This document shows positions 18,917 through 32,376 of a stretch of DNA of 64,000 nucleotides, piece after piece (the stretch's first letter is position 1; every line of letters begins with the position of its first letter). Position numbers and translations under genes: made by a program. Source of the DNA: Escherichia coli (lineage in GTDB: Bacteria > Pseudomonadota > Gammaproteobacteria > Enterobacterales > Enterobacteriaceae); assembly GCF_051903065.1 (NCBI RefSeq), contig NZ_CP178438.1. The stretch is one strand, 5' to 3'. The notes beneath the pieces are model-generated. The model ran no database searches and had not been told where the DNA came from. It worked only from the letters and a program-made list of their open reading frames with translations.

Positions 18917-19810
18917 TCACCTGAGAGCATTCAGCAGATGAATACGAAAGTTACGCGCAGCTGGACTTTGTTCATGATGTTTCGGCCAGACCAACCACAT
19001 TTCAGAAACCGCATCCTCTTCAGCAATCGGCACCCAGCGCATTTCGTTGAGCTGAACACGTTTAAATGACGCAGGCAAAATTGAAACACCCAGACCGGCG
19101 GAAACCAGACCGATGATGGTCATTGCCTCGCCCACCTCCTGAGTGATGACGGGCGTCAAATGGTAACGTCGCATCAGCCCGAGAATATCGTCATACAGCC
19201 CTGTCCCGACGTGCGGATCAAAAAAGACAAAGGGTTCTTTCGCCAGTTCAGCCAGCGTTACATTCGGGTTATTTGCCAGGGGATGATCGTGCGGGATCAT
19301 CGCCATAAGCGGTTCATGGACGATGACTGCGTGTTCAAGCGTCTCCGGTAACGCTGTGTTACGCAGCAATCCCATATCCAGCGTTCCTTCAATGAGCGGA
19401 GCGATTTGCTCGCGAGTGTTCATTTCGCGGGTTTGTAAATGGACATCGGGATAATCTCGGCGAAACAGCGATAACGTATCGGACACCGCCCGAATAAAAG
19501 GAGCCGACGAAGTAAAACCAATGCGCAACTCCCCCGCTTCACCCTGATGCAGTCTTTCAGCGCGAGCGGCAGCGTCATCCACCATAGACAGGATTTGCCG
19601 ACTATCTGCAAGAAACTGTTTTCCTGCTGCCGTCAGCAATACACTGCGATTGGTTCGTGCCAGCAGTCGGGCACCAATTTGTTGCTCCAGCGCCTGAATC
19701 TGCTGACTTAGCGGCGGTTGCGAAATATTCAGGCGGGCAGCGGCGCGCCCGAAATGCAGCTCTTCCGCAACAGCAACAAAGTAACGCAGATGACGAAGTT
19801 CAATATTCAT
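18917..19810 (-). CDS. ynfL: LysR-family transcriptional regulator
   Basis: 297 aa with N-terminal HTH (RHLRYFVAVAEELHFGRAAARLNISQPPLSQQIQALE). Confidence 0.9.
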   Translation of the reverse strand: MNIELRHLRYFVAVAEELHFGRAAARLNISQPPLSQQIQALEQQIGARLLARTNRSVLLTAAGKQFLADSRQILSMVDDAAARAERLHQGEAGELRIGFTSSAPFIRAVSDTLSLFRRDYPDVHLQTREMNTREQIAPLIEGTLDMGLLRNTALPETLEHAVIVHEPLMAMIPHDHPLANNPNVTLAELAKEPFVFFDPHVGTGLYDDILGLMRRYHLTPVITQEVGEAMTIIGLVSAGLGVSILPASFKRVQLNEMRWVPIAEEDAVSEMWLVWPKHHEQSPAARNFRIHLLNALR

Positions 19811-19916
19811 ATTTAAAACATCTTATTTGAGATTATTAATATATTAGACAGAACAATTCGATTTTCCTACCCTATGTATAAGCCTGATCCACAGGCACAT
19901 TTAGCAAGGATTTCAA

Positions 19917-21170
19917 GTGAGCCGTACTACAACTGTTGATGGCGCTCCGGCAAGCGACACTGACAAGCAAAGCATTTCTCAGCCAAATCAATTTATTAAA
20001 CGCGGTACGCCGCAATTTATGCGCGTCACCCTGGCGCTGTTCTCTGCCGGACTGGCAACATTTGCACTTCTCTATTGTGTGCAGCCTATCCTTCCGGTGC
20101 TTTCGCAGGAGTTTGGCTTAACGCCCGCGAACAGTAGTATTTCACTGTCCATTTCCACGGCGATGTTGGCTATTGGTTTGCTGTTTACTGGCCCCCTATC
20201 CGATGCCATTGGTCGCAAACCAGTGATGGTCACGGCGCTACTGTTGGCCTCCATTTGTACGTTACTTTCGACAATGATGACCAGCTGGCACGGCATTTTG
20301 ATTATGCGCGCCTTGATTGGGCTTTCGTTAAGTGGCGTGGCAGCTGTTGGCATGACTTATCTTAGCGAGGAAATCCATCCCAGTTTCGTGGCCTTTTCGA
20401 TGGGGTTGTATATCAGCGGCAACTCAATTGGCGGCATGAGCGGACGCTTAATTAGCGGTGTCTTCACGGACTTTTTCAACTGGCGAATTGCTCTGGCGGC
20501 TATCGGTTGTTTCGCGCTAGCCTCGGCGTTGATGTTCTGGAAAATCCTCCCGGAATCACGCCATTTTCGCCCGACTTCGCTGCGACCTAAGTCGTTGTTT
20601 ATCAACTTTCGTCTGCACTGGCGTGACCGGGGATTACCGTTATTGTTCGCAGAAGGCTTTTTGCTGATGGGGTCGTTCGTCACGCTGTTTAATTACATCG
20701 GCTATCGGTTGATGCTCTCCCCCTGGCATGTCAGTCAGGCCGTGGTTGGCTTATTATCGCTGGCTTATTTGACCGGTACATGGAGCTCACCCAAAGCCGG
20801 AACCATGACCACCCGCTATGGGCGTGGTCCAGTGATGTTGTTTTCGACGGGGGTTATGCTGTTTGGTTTACTGATGACCTTATTCAGCTCGCTGTGGCTG
20901 ATCTTTGCCGGAATGTTACTCTTCTCAGCAGGATTCTTCGCAGCCCACTCAGTTGCCAGCAGCTGGATCGGCCCCCGCGCAAAACGCGCTAAAGGCCAGG
21001 CCTCCTCGCTGTATCTGTTCAGTTACTATCTGGGGTCGAGTATTGTCGGGACGCTGGGTGGTGTTTTCTGGCATAACTATGGCTGGAACGGCGTCGGCGC
21101 ATTTATTGCTCTGATGCTGGTCATTGCTCTGCTGGTCGGGACGCGTTTGCATCGTCGTCTGCACGCCTGA
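19917..21170 (+). CDS. ynfM: MFS transporter
   Basis: GTG start at 19917; 417 aa; 12-TM-like hydrophobic profile. Divergent from ynfL. Confidence 0.85.
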   Translation: MSRTTTVDGAPASDTDKQSISQPNQFIKRGTPQFMRVTLALFSAGLATFALLYCVQPILPVLSQEFGLTPANSSISLSISTAMLAIGLLFTGPLSDAIGRKPVMVTALLLASICTLLSTMMTSWHGILIMRALIGLSLSGVAAVGMTYLSEEIHPSFVAFSMGLYISGNSIGGMSGRLISGVFTDFFNWRIALAAIGCFALASALMFWKILPESRHFRPTSLRPKSLFINFRLHWRDRGLPLLFAEGFLLMGSFVTLFNYIGYRLMLSPWHVSQAVVGLLSLAYLTGTWSSPKAGTMTTRYGRGPVMLFSTGVMLFGLLMTLFSSLWLIFAGMLLFSAGFFAAHSVASSWIGPRAKRAKGQASSLYLFSYYLGSSIVGTLGGVFWHNYGWNGVGAFIALMLVIALLVGTRLHRRLHA

Positions 21171-21172
21171 AA

Positions 21173-21212
21173 AATAAGTCCGGACTGCGGTAAATACCCG
21201 TCCGGACTTATT
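21173..21212 (+). terminator. stem-loop downstream of ynfM (aataagtccggac…gtccggacttatt)
   Basis: 13-bp perfect inverted repeat directly after the ynfM stop. The downstream T-tract is weak, so it may be a REP-like element rather than a classic intrinsic terminator. Confidence 0.45.
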
Positions 21213-21593
21213 GCCTACTCAAACCAACGTTAATAGCCATCCTAAAATAGACGAAGCGCCAGCCAATTCCCGCAGCGCGTCTAGCGTCATCAGGATTATA
21301 AGTACCCAAATAAACGGATTCATTTTGCTGTGTGTCATTTATTACTGATGCGCAGTTATTCTACCGCTTTGTAAGTAGTAAAATAGTTAACCCGATCAAG
21401 ACTACTATTATTGGTAGCTAAATTTTCCTTAAGTCACAATACGTTATTATCAACGCTGTAATTTATTCAGCGTTTGTACATATCGTTACACGCTGAAACC
21501 AACCACTCACGGAAGTCTGCCATTCCCAGGGATATAGTTATTTCAACGGCCCCGCAGTGGGGTTAAATGAAAAAACAAATTGAGGGTATGACA

Positions 21594-21902
21594 ATGAAAA
21601 AAGTATTAGCTCTGGTTGTTGCCGCTGCTATGGGTCTGTCTTCTGCCGCCTTTGCTGCAGAGACTGCGACCACACCTGCTCCGACTGCGACGACCACCAA
21701 AGCAGCACCGGCGAAAACTACACATCATAAAAAACAGCATAAAGCAGCACCTGCCCAGAAAGCGCAGGCGGCTAAAAAGCATCATAAAAATGCGAAAGCT
21801 GAACAGAAAGCCCCAGAACAAAAAGCGCAGGCAGCGAAGAAACACGCCAAGAAACACAGCCATCAGCAACCGGCAAAACCTGCTGCACAACCCGCAGCGT
21901 AA
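21594..21902 (+). CDS. asr: acid shock protein (periplasmic, Lys/Ala/His-rich, low complexity)
   Basis: Start at [21 protein letters not shown] (signal peptide); 102 aa with repeated [10 protein letters not shown](A/H)K motifs. Confidence 0.9.
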   Translation: MKKVLALVVAAAMGLSSAAFAAETATTPAPTATTTKAAPAKTTHHKKQHKAAPAQKAQAAKKHHKNAKAEQKAPEQKAQAAKKHAKKHSHQQPAKPAAQPAA

Positions 21903-21994
21903 GTTTTCAACAGTAATGCTGGCGCGCCCCCTCGCGCCTGAAAATTACGGTGCTAAGCGGGTAACGTTTAGCACCGCCTTTAGCGGAGGGTAGT

Positions 21995-22078
21995 ATGGTG
22001 GGCCGTTATCGCTTTGAGTTCATTCTTATCATCCTTATTTTATGCGCACTGATTGCCGCCCGTTTTTATCTTTCCTGA
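21995..22078 (+). CDS. ydgU: small hydrophobic protein, 27 aa
   Basis: ATG at 21995: MVGRYRFEFILIILILCALIAARFYLS*. Single predicted TM segment; below the track cutoff. Position between asr and ydgD fits ydgU. Confidence 0.55.
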   Translation: MVGRYRFEFILIILILCALIAARFYLS

Positions 22079-22177
22079 CTGTAGTTATCTGATTTTACTC
22101 CCACTTTCATCCCGTCCCGTCTATAGTATTTATGAGGGTTTGCTTTTAATAATCATAATTACCCACCAGAGTGTGAT

Positions 22178-22999
22178 ATGCGTACAACCATTGCTGTAGT
22201 GTTGGGTGCAATTAGTTTGACGTCTGCTTTTGTGTTTGCAGATAAACCAGACGTTGCCAAATCGGCAAACGATGAGGTCAGCACCCTGTTTTTTGGTCAT
22301 GATGATCGTGTGCCAGTGAATGACACGACCCAATCACCGTGGGATGCGGTTGGGCAACTGGAAACGGCCAGCGGCAATTTATGTACGGCGACGCTGATTG
22401 CACCCAATCTGGCATTAACGGCAGGACACTGTTTATTGACACCTCCAAGGGGTAAAGCCGATAAAGCAGTGGCGCTGCGTTTTGTGTCAAATAAAGGTCT
22501 TTGGCGCTATGACATCCACGACATAGAAGGCCGCGTTGATCCGACACTGGGAAAGCGGTTAAAAGCAGATGGGGATGGTTGGATTGTACCTCCCGCAGCC
22601 GCGCCGTGGGACTTCGGATTGATTGTGCTACGTAATCCCCCTTCTGGCATTACGCCGTTGCCGTTATTTGAGGGAGATAAAGCCGCGCTTACCGCCGCAT
22701 TAAAAGCGGCAGGTCGTAAAGTGACTCAGGCAGGATACCCTGAAGATCATCTCGATACGTTGTACAGTCATCAAAACTGTGAAGTGACTGGCTGGGCGCA
22801 AACGTCGGTGATGTCACATCAGTGCGATACCTTGCCGGGTGACAGCGGTTCGCCTCTGATGTTGCATACCGATGACGGCTGGCAATTAATTGGGGTGCAA
22901 AGTTCGGCTCCTGCCGCGAAAGATCGCTGGCGCGCCGATAACCGGGCCATTTCTGTTACCGGTTTTCGCGACAAGCTGGATCAACTGTCGCAAAAATAA
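22178..22999 (+). CDS. ydgD: secreted trypsin-like serine peptidase (S1 family)
   Basis: Signal peptide; catalytic motifs TAGHC (His) and GDSGSPL (Ser). Confidence 0.9.
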   Translation: MRTTIAVVLGAISLTSAFVFADKPDVAKSANDEVSTLFFGHDDRVPVNDTTQSPWDAVGQLETASGNLCTATLIAPNLALTAGHCLLTPPRGKADKAVALRFVSNKGLWRYDIHDIEGRVDPTLGKRLKADGDGWIVPPAAAPWDFGLIVLRNPPSGITPLPLFEGDKAALTAALKAAGRKVTQAGYPEDHLDTLYSHQNCEVTGWAQTSVMSHQCDTLPGDSGSPLMLHTDDGWQLIGVQSSAPAAKDRWRADNRAISVTGFRDKLDQLSQK

Positions 23000-23007
23000 T
23001 GTTCAAA

Positions 23008-23031
23008 CGCTGCCCGACTGTGCGGGCAGCG
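23008..23031. terminator. bidirectional hairpin between convergent ydgD and mdtI
   Basis: cgctgcccg-actgtg-cgggcagcg, a 9-bp stem located between the two stop codons. Confidence 0.5.
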
Positions 23032-23037
23032 TGTTCA

Positions 23038-23367
23038 TCAGGCAAGTTTCACCATGATCATTCCAGCCAACAGCAAGACCAGGCCAATCCAGCCTTTACG
23101 ATTTAACCGTTGACCAAACAAGATCCAACCTGCGGCTAACGTGGCGGCAATACCAAACCCGCCCCACAATGCATAAGCGACAGACAAGTCGATCCCTTTA
23201 ACGGCCTGAGAAAGCGCACTAAAGGCAGCCAGCACCGCCGCCAGGGAGAGCAAGCCAAATATTTTGCGACGAAAGCCGTCAGAAAATTTCAAAAAGACGT
23301 TAGCAACGATTTCCAGCACGATTGCCAATGCCAGCCAGGCGGCGTGAACCCATTCAAACTGCACCAT
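23038..23367 (-). CDS. mdtI: SMR-family spermidine exporter subunit
   Basis: 109 aa, 4-TM SMR-like; 14-bp overlap with mdtJ upstream. Confidence 0.9.
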
Positions 23368-23719
23368 GGTTCACCTCCAGTTCAGGTTTACGCGCTTTAC
23401 GGGTACCTGATTTTATCAACACAATCCCGGCGACCAGGGTGGTTAACCCGGCAATTTTCATCAGCGATAAACTTTCGTCGAATAACAAAACGCTAAACAA
23501 GGTAATAAATAAAATACCGATACCTTCCCACAGCGCATAAGCTACGCCTAAGGCGATTTTTTTAACGGCGAAAGAGAGAAATATATACGACAGAGAAATC
23601 ATCACCAGCATTAAAATAAAGCCGCCATTTCCCTCACTGACGCTCGCCCATTTCATGGACAGCGTACCGGTAATTTCTGTAGCAATAGCCAGACCTAATA
23701 AAATCCAATAAATATACAT
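23354..23719 (-). CDS. mdtJ: SMR-family spermidine exporter subunit
   Basis: 121 aa, 4-TM SMR-like; first gene of mdtJI. Confidence 0.9.
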
Positions 23720-24130
23720 TGTCCTTCTCCTGCAAGAGAATTATTTTAATTTTCGCTTAATTCAGCGAAACCAAAGTAAAGTGGTCAAGCCCCGCGCTTA
23801 GCGCAAGCTTTGGCAGAAGAAAGGACTAAAGCGCGTTGCGCCAGTGCTGCTCACCTACGAGCAAGATAGTGGATGAGGTACGAAGATGGGTAAATGTAGA
23901 AAATAACGTCCTGAACAAATTGTCCATAATATTACAATTATCCGCAGTGTTGCTTCTCGTCATCGCGGATGATAATTGTCCTCGGTAGTTGAACACGCCT
24001 GATTTGTATCATAGCTTAAGAATTAACTCAAAATATTTTCATTTCTTTACCTGAGCGGTTTGATTTTCGTTATGATGACGGAGCGAAAAAGACATTATTA
24101 TTAGCAAAGGAAGAAAAAACGGGGACAAGC

Positions 24131-25165
24131 ATGGCAAAGCCGATCATCACGCTCAATGGCCTAAAAATCGTCATTATGTTGGGAATGCTGGTCATTATTC
24201 TCTGCGGTATCCGTTTTGCCGCCGAGATCATCGTGCCGTTTATTCTCGCATTATTTATTGCTGTTATTCTTAACCCGCTGGTGCAACACATGGTCCGCTG
24301 GCGAGTGCCGCGTGTACTGGCGGTGTCGATTTTGATGACCATCATCGTGATGGCTATGGTGTTGCTGTTAGCTTATCTGGGTTCCACGCTCAACGAGTTG
24401 ACGCGGACGTTACCGCAATATCGCAACTCTATTATGACGCCGCTGCAAGCTCTTGAGCCGTTGTTGCAACGCGTAGGGATTGACGTCTCAGTTGACCAAC
24501 TGGCGCATTACATTGATCCGAACGCGGCGATGACGTTGCTCACCAACTTATTGACGCAGTTATCTAATGCCATGTCATCAATATTTTTATTGCTGCTGAC
24601 GGTGCTGTTTATGCTGCTCGAAGTGCCACAATTGCCCGGAAAATTTCAGCAAATGATGGCGCGTCCGGTTGAAGGGATGGCGGCGATTCAGCGTGCGATT
24701 GACAGTGTGTCTCATTATCTGGTGCTGAAAACAGCCATCAGCATCATCACCGGCCTGGTCGCATGGGCGATGCTCGCCGCCCTCGATGTTCGCTTCGCTT
24801 TTGTCTGGGGATTGCTGGCCTTTGCGCTTAATTACATCCCTAATATTGGTTCAGTTCTCGCGGCAATCCCCCCTATCGCTCAGGTACTGGTGTTTAATGG
24901 CTTCTACGAAGCGTTGTTGGTGCTGGCGGGATATCTGCTGATTAATCTGGTCTTCGGCAATATTCTGGAGCCACGCATCATGGGGCGTGGGCTGGGACTT
25001 TCCACATTGGTGGTATTTTTGTCGTTGATTTTTTGGGGATGGTTGTTAGGACCGGTGGGTATGCTGCTTTCCGTGCCGTTAACAATTATTGTCAAAATTG
25101 CGCTTGAACAAACAGCGGGAGGTCAAAGCATCGCCGTTCTGTTAAGCGATCTCAATAAAGAGTGA
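24131..25165 (+). CDS. tqsA: AI-2 exporter family inner-membrane transporter (PerM/YdgG family)
   Basis: 344 aa, polytopic. Confidence 0.9.
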   Translation: MAKPIITLNGLKIVIMLGMLVIILCGIRFAAEIIVPFILALFIAVILNPLVQHMVRWRVPRVLAVSILMTIIVMAMVLLLAYLGSTLNELTRTLPQYRNSIMTPLQALEPLLQRVGIDVSVDQLAHYIDPNAAMTLLTNLLTQLSNAMSSIFLLLLTVLFMLLEVPQLPGKFQQMMARPVEGMAAIQRAIDSVSHYLVLKTAISIITGLVAWAMLAALDVRFAFVWGLLAFALNYIPNIGSVLAAIPPIAQVLVFNGFYEALLVLAGYLLINLVFGNILEPRIMGRGLGLSTLVVFLSLIFWGWLLGPVGMLLSVPLTIIVKIALEQTAGGQSIAVLLSDLNKE

Positions 25166-25186
25166 CGGCCTCCGCAGAGGCCGTCA
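25163..25186. terminator. bidirectional hairpin between convergent tqsA and pntB
   Basis: tgacggcctc-cgca-gaggccgtca, a 10-bp perfect stem. Confidence 0.55.
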
Positions 25187-25189
25187 GGG

Positions 25190-26581
<1,392 letters not shown>

Positions 26582-26588
26582 TTACCCC

Positions 26589-28184
<1,596 letters not shown>

Positions 28185-28644
28185 TCATGTACGAGCTAAA
28201 TGTTACTCCGTTAAAATAAATTAGTAACAAACGCCCTATAACGTACTGAAAATTATGCCTGTGATCTAGCGCCAAAAATCAGTATTTCGGCGTGAACTCG
28301 CAAAATATTAACGATTCAGCCGTGATAGTGGGATAAACACCTTAGAACGCCGGATAAAGACTGATAATTGTCTTCGACGGTCGGGTAAAACGAGACATCG
28401 CCCCGGCACGAATCACTACTTAACATTAAATTAACTTATACAATTCAGTTGCTTCAGTAGTAATGATGCTGATACGGCTGTTTTTTAAGCATAGACGGTC
28501 ATTTGAGCAGGATTAAAAATGACTTAAGGAATGTGATATGAAAAATGACGCAGACAGTTACACCGTTTAAATGCAATAATCAGCCACGTTTCTCGTTAAT
28601 AACAATACCAGTACCTGGTTTGCGCAAGGCGAAGGATTATTTTT

Positions 28645-29589
28645 ATGAAGCTTAAGAACACCCTCCTGGCGTCGGCACTGCTTTCTGCTACGGCATTCTC
28701 CGTTAACGCAGCAACAGAACTGACACCGGAGCAAGCGGCAGCGGTTAAACCTTTTGACCGTGTAGTGGTTACCGGTCGTTTTAATGCTATTGGCGAAGCG
28801 GTGAAAGCCGTTTCTCGTCGCGCAGATAAAGAAGGTGCCGCCTCTTTTTATGTTGTCGACACTTCTGATTTTGGTAACAGCGGTAACTGGCGTGTGGTCG
28901 CTGACCTCTATAAAGCCGATGCTGAAAAAGCAGAAGAAACAAGTAATCGCGTAATTAACGGTGTTGTCGAACTGCCGAAAGATCAGGCTGTTCTGATTGA
29001 ACCGTTTGACACGGTCACCGTCCAGGGCTTCTATCGTAGCCAGCCAGAAGTCAATGATGCCATCACCAAAGCGGCAAAAGCGAAAGGTGCCTACTCTTTC
29101 TACATCGTTCGTCAAATCGATGCCAACCAGGGCGGCAACCAGCGTATTACTGCATTCATCTATAAAAAAGATGCTAAGAAACGTATCGTCCAGAGCCCGG
29201 ATGTGATCCCGGCAGATTCCGAAGCAGGACGTGCAGCTCTGGCTGCCGGTGGCGAAGCCGCGAAGAAAGTTGAGATCCCGGGTGTTGCGACTACCGCATC
29301 ACCAAGTTCTGAAGTCGGTCGCTTCTTTGAAACCCAGTCATCAAAAGGCGGGCGTTACACCGTCACGCTCCCGGATGGCACTAAAGTCGAAGAACTGAAC
29401 AAAGCGACCGCAGCGATGATGGTCCCGTTCGACAGCATCAAATTCTCTGGCAACTACGGCAACATGACCGAAGTCTCCTATCAGGTTGCGAAACGTGCCG
29501 CGAAGAAAGGTGCTAAGTATTACCACATCACCCGCCAGTGGCAGGAACGTGGTAATAACCTGACCGTCAGCGCAGATCTGTATAAATAA
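28645..29589 (+). CDS. ydgH: periplasmic protein with three tandem DUF1471 (YdgH/BhsA/McbA) domains
   Basis: Signal peptide; three internal repeats (…VTGRFNAIGEAVKAVSRRADKEGAASFYVV…, …VQGFYRSQPEVNDAITKAAKAKGAYSFYIV…, …FSGNYGNMTEVSYQVAKRAAKKGAKYYHIT…). Confidence 0.9.
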   Translation: MKLKNTLLASALLSATAFSVNAATELTPEQAAAVKPFDRVVVTGRFNAIGEAVKAVSRRADKEGAASFYVVDTSDFGNSGNWRVVADLYKADAEKAEETSNRVINGVVELPKDQAVLIEPFDTVTVQGFYRSQPEVNDAITKAAKAKGAYSFYIVRQIDANQGGNQRITAFIYKKDAKKRIVQSPDVIPADSEAGRAALAAGGEAAKKVEIPGVATTASPSSEVGRFFETQSSKGGRYTVTLPDGTKVEELNKATAAMMVPFDSIKFSGNYGNMTEVSYQVAKRAAKKGAKYYHITRQWQERGNNLTVSADLYK

Positions 29590-29607
29590 CTATTCAGTTA
29601 CTCCTAT

Positions 29608-29639
29608 AAGGCGGCTTGATGCCGCCTTTCGCATTTTTA
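29608..29639 (+). terminator. intrinsic terminator downstream of ydgH
   Basis: aaggcggc-ttgat-gccgcctt followed by tcgcattttt. Confidence 0.6.
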
Positions 29640-29774
29640 GTCACAAATTTCCCTGCGACCATTGCATGCAGACACATCTCTTCGTAAAATCCCGCGCTTC
29701 AGTGGCAAACTCCATTTTTATGCGTTTTGCCCTAATATTTATTCTTCTTATCACGTTTTAATCACTGGATATCG

Positions 29775-31157
29775 ATGGAAAAGAAACTGGGACTGAGCGC
29801 ACTCACCGCGCTGGTATTAAGCTCAATGCTGGGCGCGGGTGTTTTCAGTCTGCCGCAAAATATGGCGGCAGTTGCCAGCCCGGCAGCACTGCTCATCGGC
29901 TGGGGTATTACTGGCGCTGGCATTTTATTGCTGGCCTTTGCCATGCTGATCCTCACGCGCATTCGTCCCGAACTTGACGGCGGTATCTTTACCTATGCCC
30001 GCGAAGGGTTTGGCGAGCTAATCGGCTTTTGTTCCGCATGGGGATACTGGCTGTGCGCGGTCATCGCCAACGTCTCCTATCTGGTGATCGTTTTTTCCGC
30101 GTTAAGCTTTTTTACGGACACGCCGGAATTGCGCCTGTTTGGCGATGGTAATACCTGGCAATCGATAGTCGGTGCATCGGCTTTATTGTGGATTGTTCAC
30201 TTTTTGATCCTGCGCGGGGTGCAAACCGCTGCCAGCATTAACCTGGTGGCGACACTGGCAAAATTGTTGCCGCTGGGTCTGTTTGTTGTGCTGGCGATGA
30301 TGATGTTCAAACTGGATACCTTCAAGCTCGACTTCACCGGACTTGCACTTGGCGTACCCGTGTGGGAACAGGTGAAAAACACCATGCTGATCACCCTGTG
30401 GGTTTTCATTGGTGTGGAAGGTGCCGTGGTTGTTTCTGCGCGTGCGCGTAATAAACGTGATGTTGGCAAAGCGACACTGCTGGCGGTTCTCTCCGCTCTG
30501 GGCGTTTACTTGCTGGTAACGCTGCTTTCGCTGGGAGTGGTGGCACGTCCTGAACTGGCTGAAATTCGTAACCCGTCAATGGCCGGTCTGATGGTGGAAA
30601 TGATGGGACCGTGGGGCGAAATCATCATCGCTGCCGGTTTGATCGTTTCCGTTTGCGGCGCGTACTTAAGCTGGACCATCATGGCGGCAGAAGTTCCGTT
30701 CCTGGCTGCCACTCATAAAGCATTCCCACGCATTTTTGCGCGCCAGAACGCACAAGCTGCGCCATCCGCCTCACTGTGGTTGACCAACATCTGCGTGCAA
30801 ATTTGTCTGGTACTCATCTGGCTGACCGGTTCCGATTACAACACGTTGCTGACCATCGCCTCAGAAATGATTCTGATGCCCTATTTCCTGGTGGGCGCGT
30901 TCTTGCTGAAAATCGCAACCCGTCCACTGCATAAAGCGGTAGGTGTCGGTGCCTGCATTTATGGCTTATGGTTATTGTACGCCTCTGGTCCAATGCACTT
31001 GCTGTTATCCGTTGTTCTGTATGCACCGGGGCTGCTGGTTTTCCTGTATGCGCGCAAAACGCATACACATGATAATGTACTGAACCGTCAGGAAATGGTG
31101 CTGATTGGCATGCTGTTAATTGCCTCAGTTCCGGCGACCTGGATGCTGGTGGGATAA
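29775..31157 (+). CDS. ydgI: APC-family amino-acid antiporter (putative arginine:ornithine antiporter, ArcD-like)
   Basis: 460 aa, polytopic. Confidence 0.85.
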   Translation: MEKKLGLSALTALVLSSMLGAGVFSLPQNMAAVASPAALLIGWGITGAGILLLAFAMLILTRIRPELDGGIFTYAREGFGELIGFCSAWGYWLCAVIANVSYLVIVFSALSFFTDTPELRLFGDGNTWQSIVGASALLWIVHFLILRGVQTAASINLVATLAKLLPLGLFVVLAMMMFKLDTFKLDFTGLALGVPVWEQVKNTMLITLWVFIGVEGAVVVSARARNKRDVGKATLLAVLSALGVYLLVTLLSLGVVARPELAEIRNPSMAGLMVEMMGPWGEIIIAAGLIVSVCGAYLSWTIMAAEVPFLAATHKAFPRIFARQNAQAAPSASLWLTNICVQICLVLIWLTGSDYNTLLTIASEMILMPYFLVGAFLLKIATRPLHKAVGVGACIYGLWLLYASGPMHLLLSVVLYAPGLLVFLYARKTHTHDNVLNRQEMVLIGMLLIASVPATWMLVG

Positions 31158-31193
31158 CGTTCATCCCATCGTTGGATAGCAAAGGAGATAACG

Positions 31194-31916
31194 ATGGGTA
31201 AAACCCAGCCCTTGCCAATATTAATTACTGGCGGAGGTCGTCGCATCGGCCTCGCCCTCGCATGGCATTTCATTAATCAAAAGCAACCGGTGATTGTCAG
31301 CTATCGGACACACTATCCAGCCATTGATGGACTGATTAATGCAGGTGCGCAGTGTATTCAAGCTGATTTTTCGACCAACGACGGTGTGATGGCGTTTGCC
31401 GATGAAGTACTAAAAAGCACCCATGGTCTGCGTGCTATTTTGCATAACGCCAGTGCGTGGATGGCGGAAAAACCGGGTGCGCCACTGGCCGACGTACTGG
31501 CTTGCATGATGCAGATCCACGTTAATACCCCATACCTGCTCAACCATGCGCTGGAAAGATTACTGCGTGGGCACGGACACGCCGCCAGCGATATCATTCA
31601 CTTTACCGATTATGTAGTGGAGCGCGGTAGCGACAAACATATTGCGTATGCTGCAAGCAAAGCGGCACTGGATAATATGACCCGCTCGTTTGCCCGCAAG
31701 CTGGCACCGGAAGTGAAAGTGAATTCTATTGCGCCATCGCTGATCCTGTTTAATGAACATGATGATGCCGAATATCGACAACAGGCGCTGAATAAATCAC
31801 TGATGAAAACCGCGCCTGGCGAGAAAGAAGTGATCGACCTGGTCGATTACTTACTTACCAGTTGCTTTGTCACCGGACGCAGTTTCCCACTTGATGGCGG
31901 TCGTCATCTGCGTTAA
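31194..31916 (+). CDS. folM: SDR-family dihydromonapterin/dihydrofolate reductase
   Basis: 240 aa with the N-terminal dinucleotide-binding motif TGGGRRIG. Confidence 0.9.
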   Translation: MGKTQPLPILITGGGRRIGLALAWHFINQKQPVIVSYRTHYPAIDGLINAGAQCIQADFSTNDGVMAFADEVLKSTHGLRAILHNASAWMAEKPGAPLADVLACMMQIHVNTPYLLNHALERLLRGHGHAASDIIHFTDYVVERGSDKHIAYAASKAALDNMTRSFARKLAPEVKVNSIAPSLILFNEHDDAEYRQQALNKSLMKTAPGEKEVIDLVDYLLTSCFVTGRSFPLDGGRHLR

Positions 31917-32248
31917 TGCAGCTTTATCCAGCATATAATCAACACCCATGCGCTTATCCCCCAACACGCAACAGAACCAACAAAAGCGGCGGGCAAGCGC
32001 ATCATTCCGGTGAAATACCACAGCGACACCAGGTAAACAAAATAGGGAATAATCGACCACATACTAAAAATGATGGTTGCGCGTAAGGCTTCAATGCCGC
32101 GTTCGCTGGCAACAATATAATGCGCGATAAGCGCAAAGGTCGGGAAAAGTGGAATCAGCCCGGCGATATAATAATTTTTCGTTTTTGCTAAAACACCAAT
32201 CAACAGCACTACCAGCGCACCGAGCGCGGCTTTGATTACCAGCCCCAT
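31913..32248 (-). CDS. ydgC: GlpM-family small inner-membrane protein
   Basis: 111 aa, hydrophobic. Convergent with folM; the stop codons overlap by 4 bp. Confidence 0.85.
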   Translation of the reverse strand: MGLVIKAALGALVVLLIGVLAKTKNYYIAGLIPLFPTFALIAHYIVASERGIEALRATIIFSMWSIIPYFVYLVSLWYFTGMMRLPAAFVGSVACWGISAWVLIICWIKLH

Positions 32249-32376
32249 CTTTTTACCTTAACACTTCCATAACAAGTCATCAGTAGAATACCTGATGAAA
32301 ACTTGTTTAGAAACGATTGATAGTAAGTAAAAACAGCGCGGTGTATTGTGACGTTTTTATATCTACCGTGAATGTT

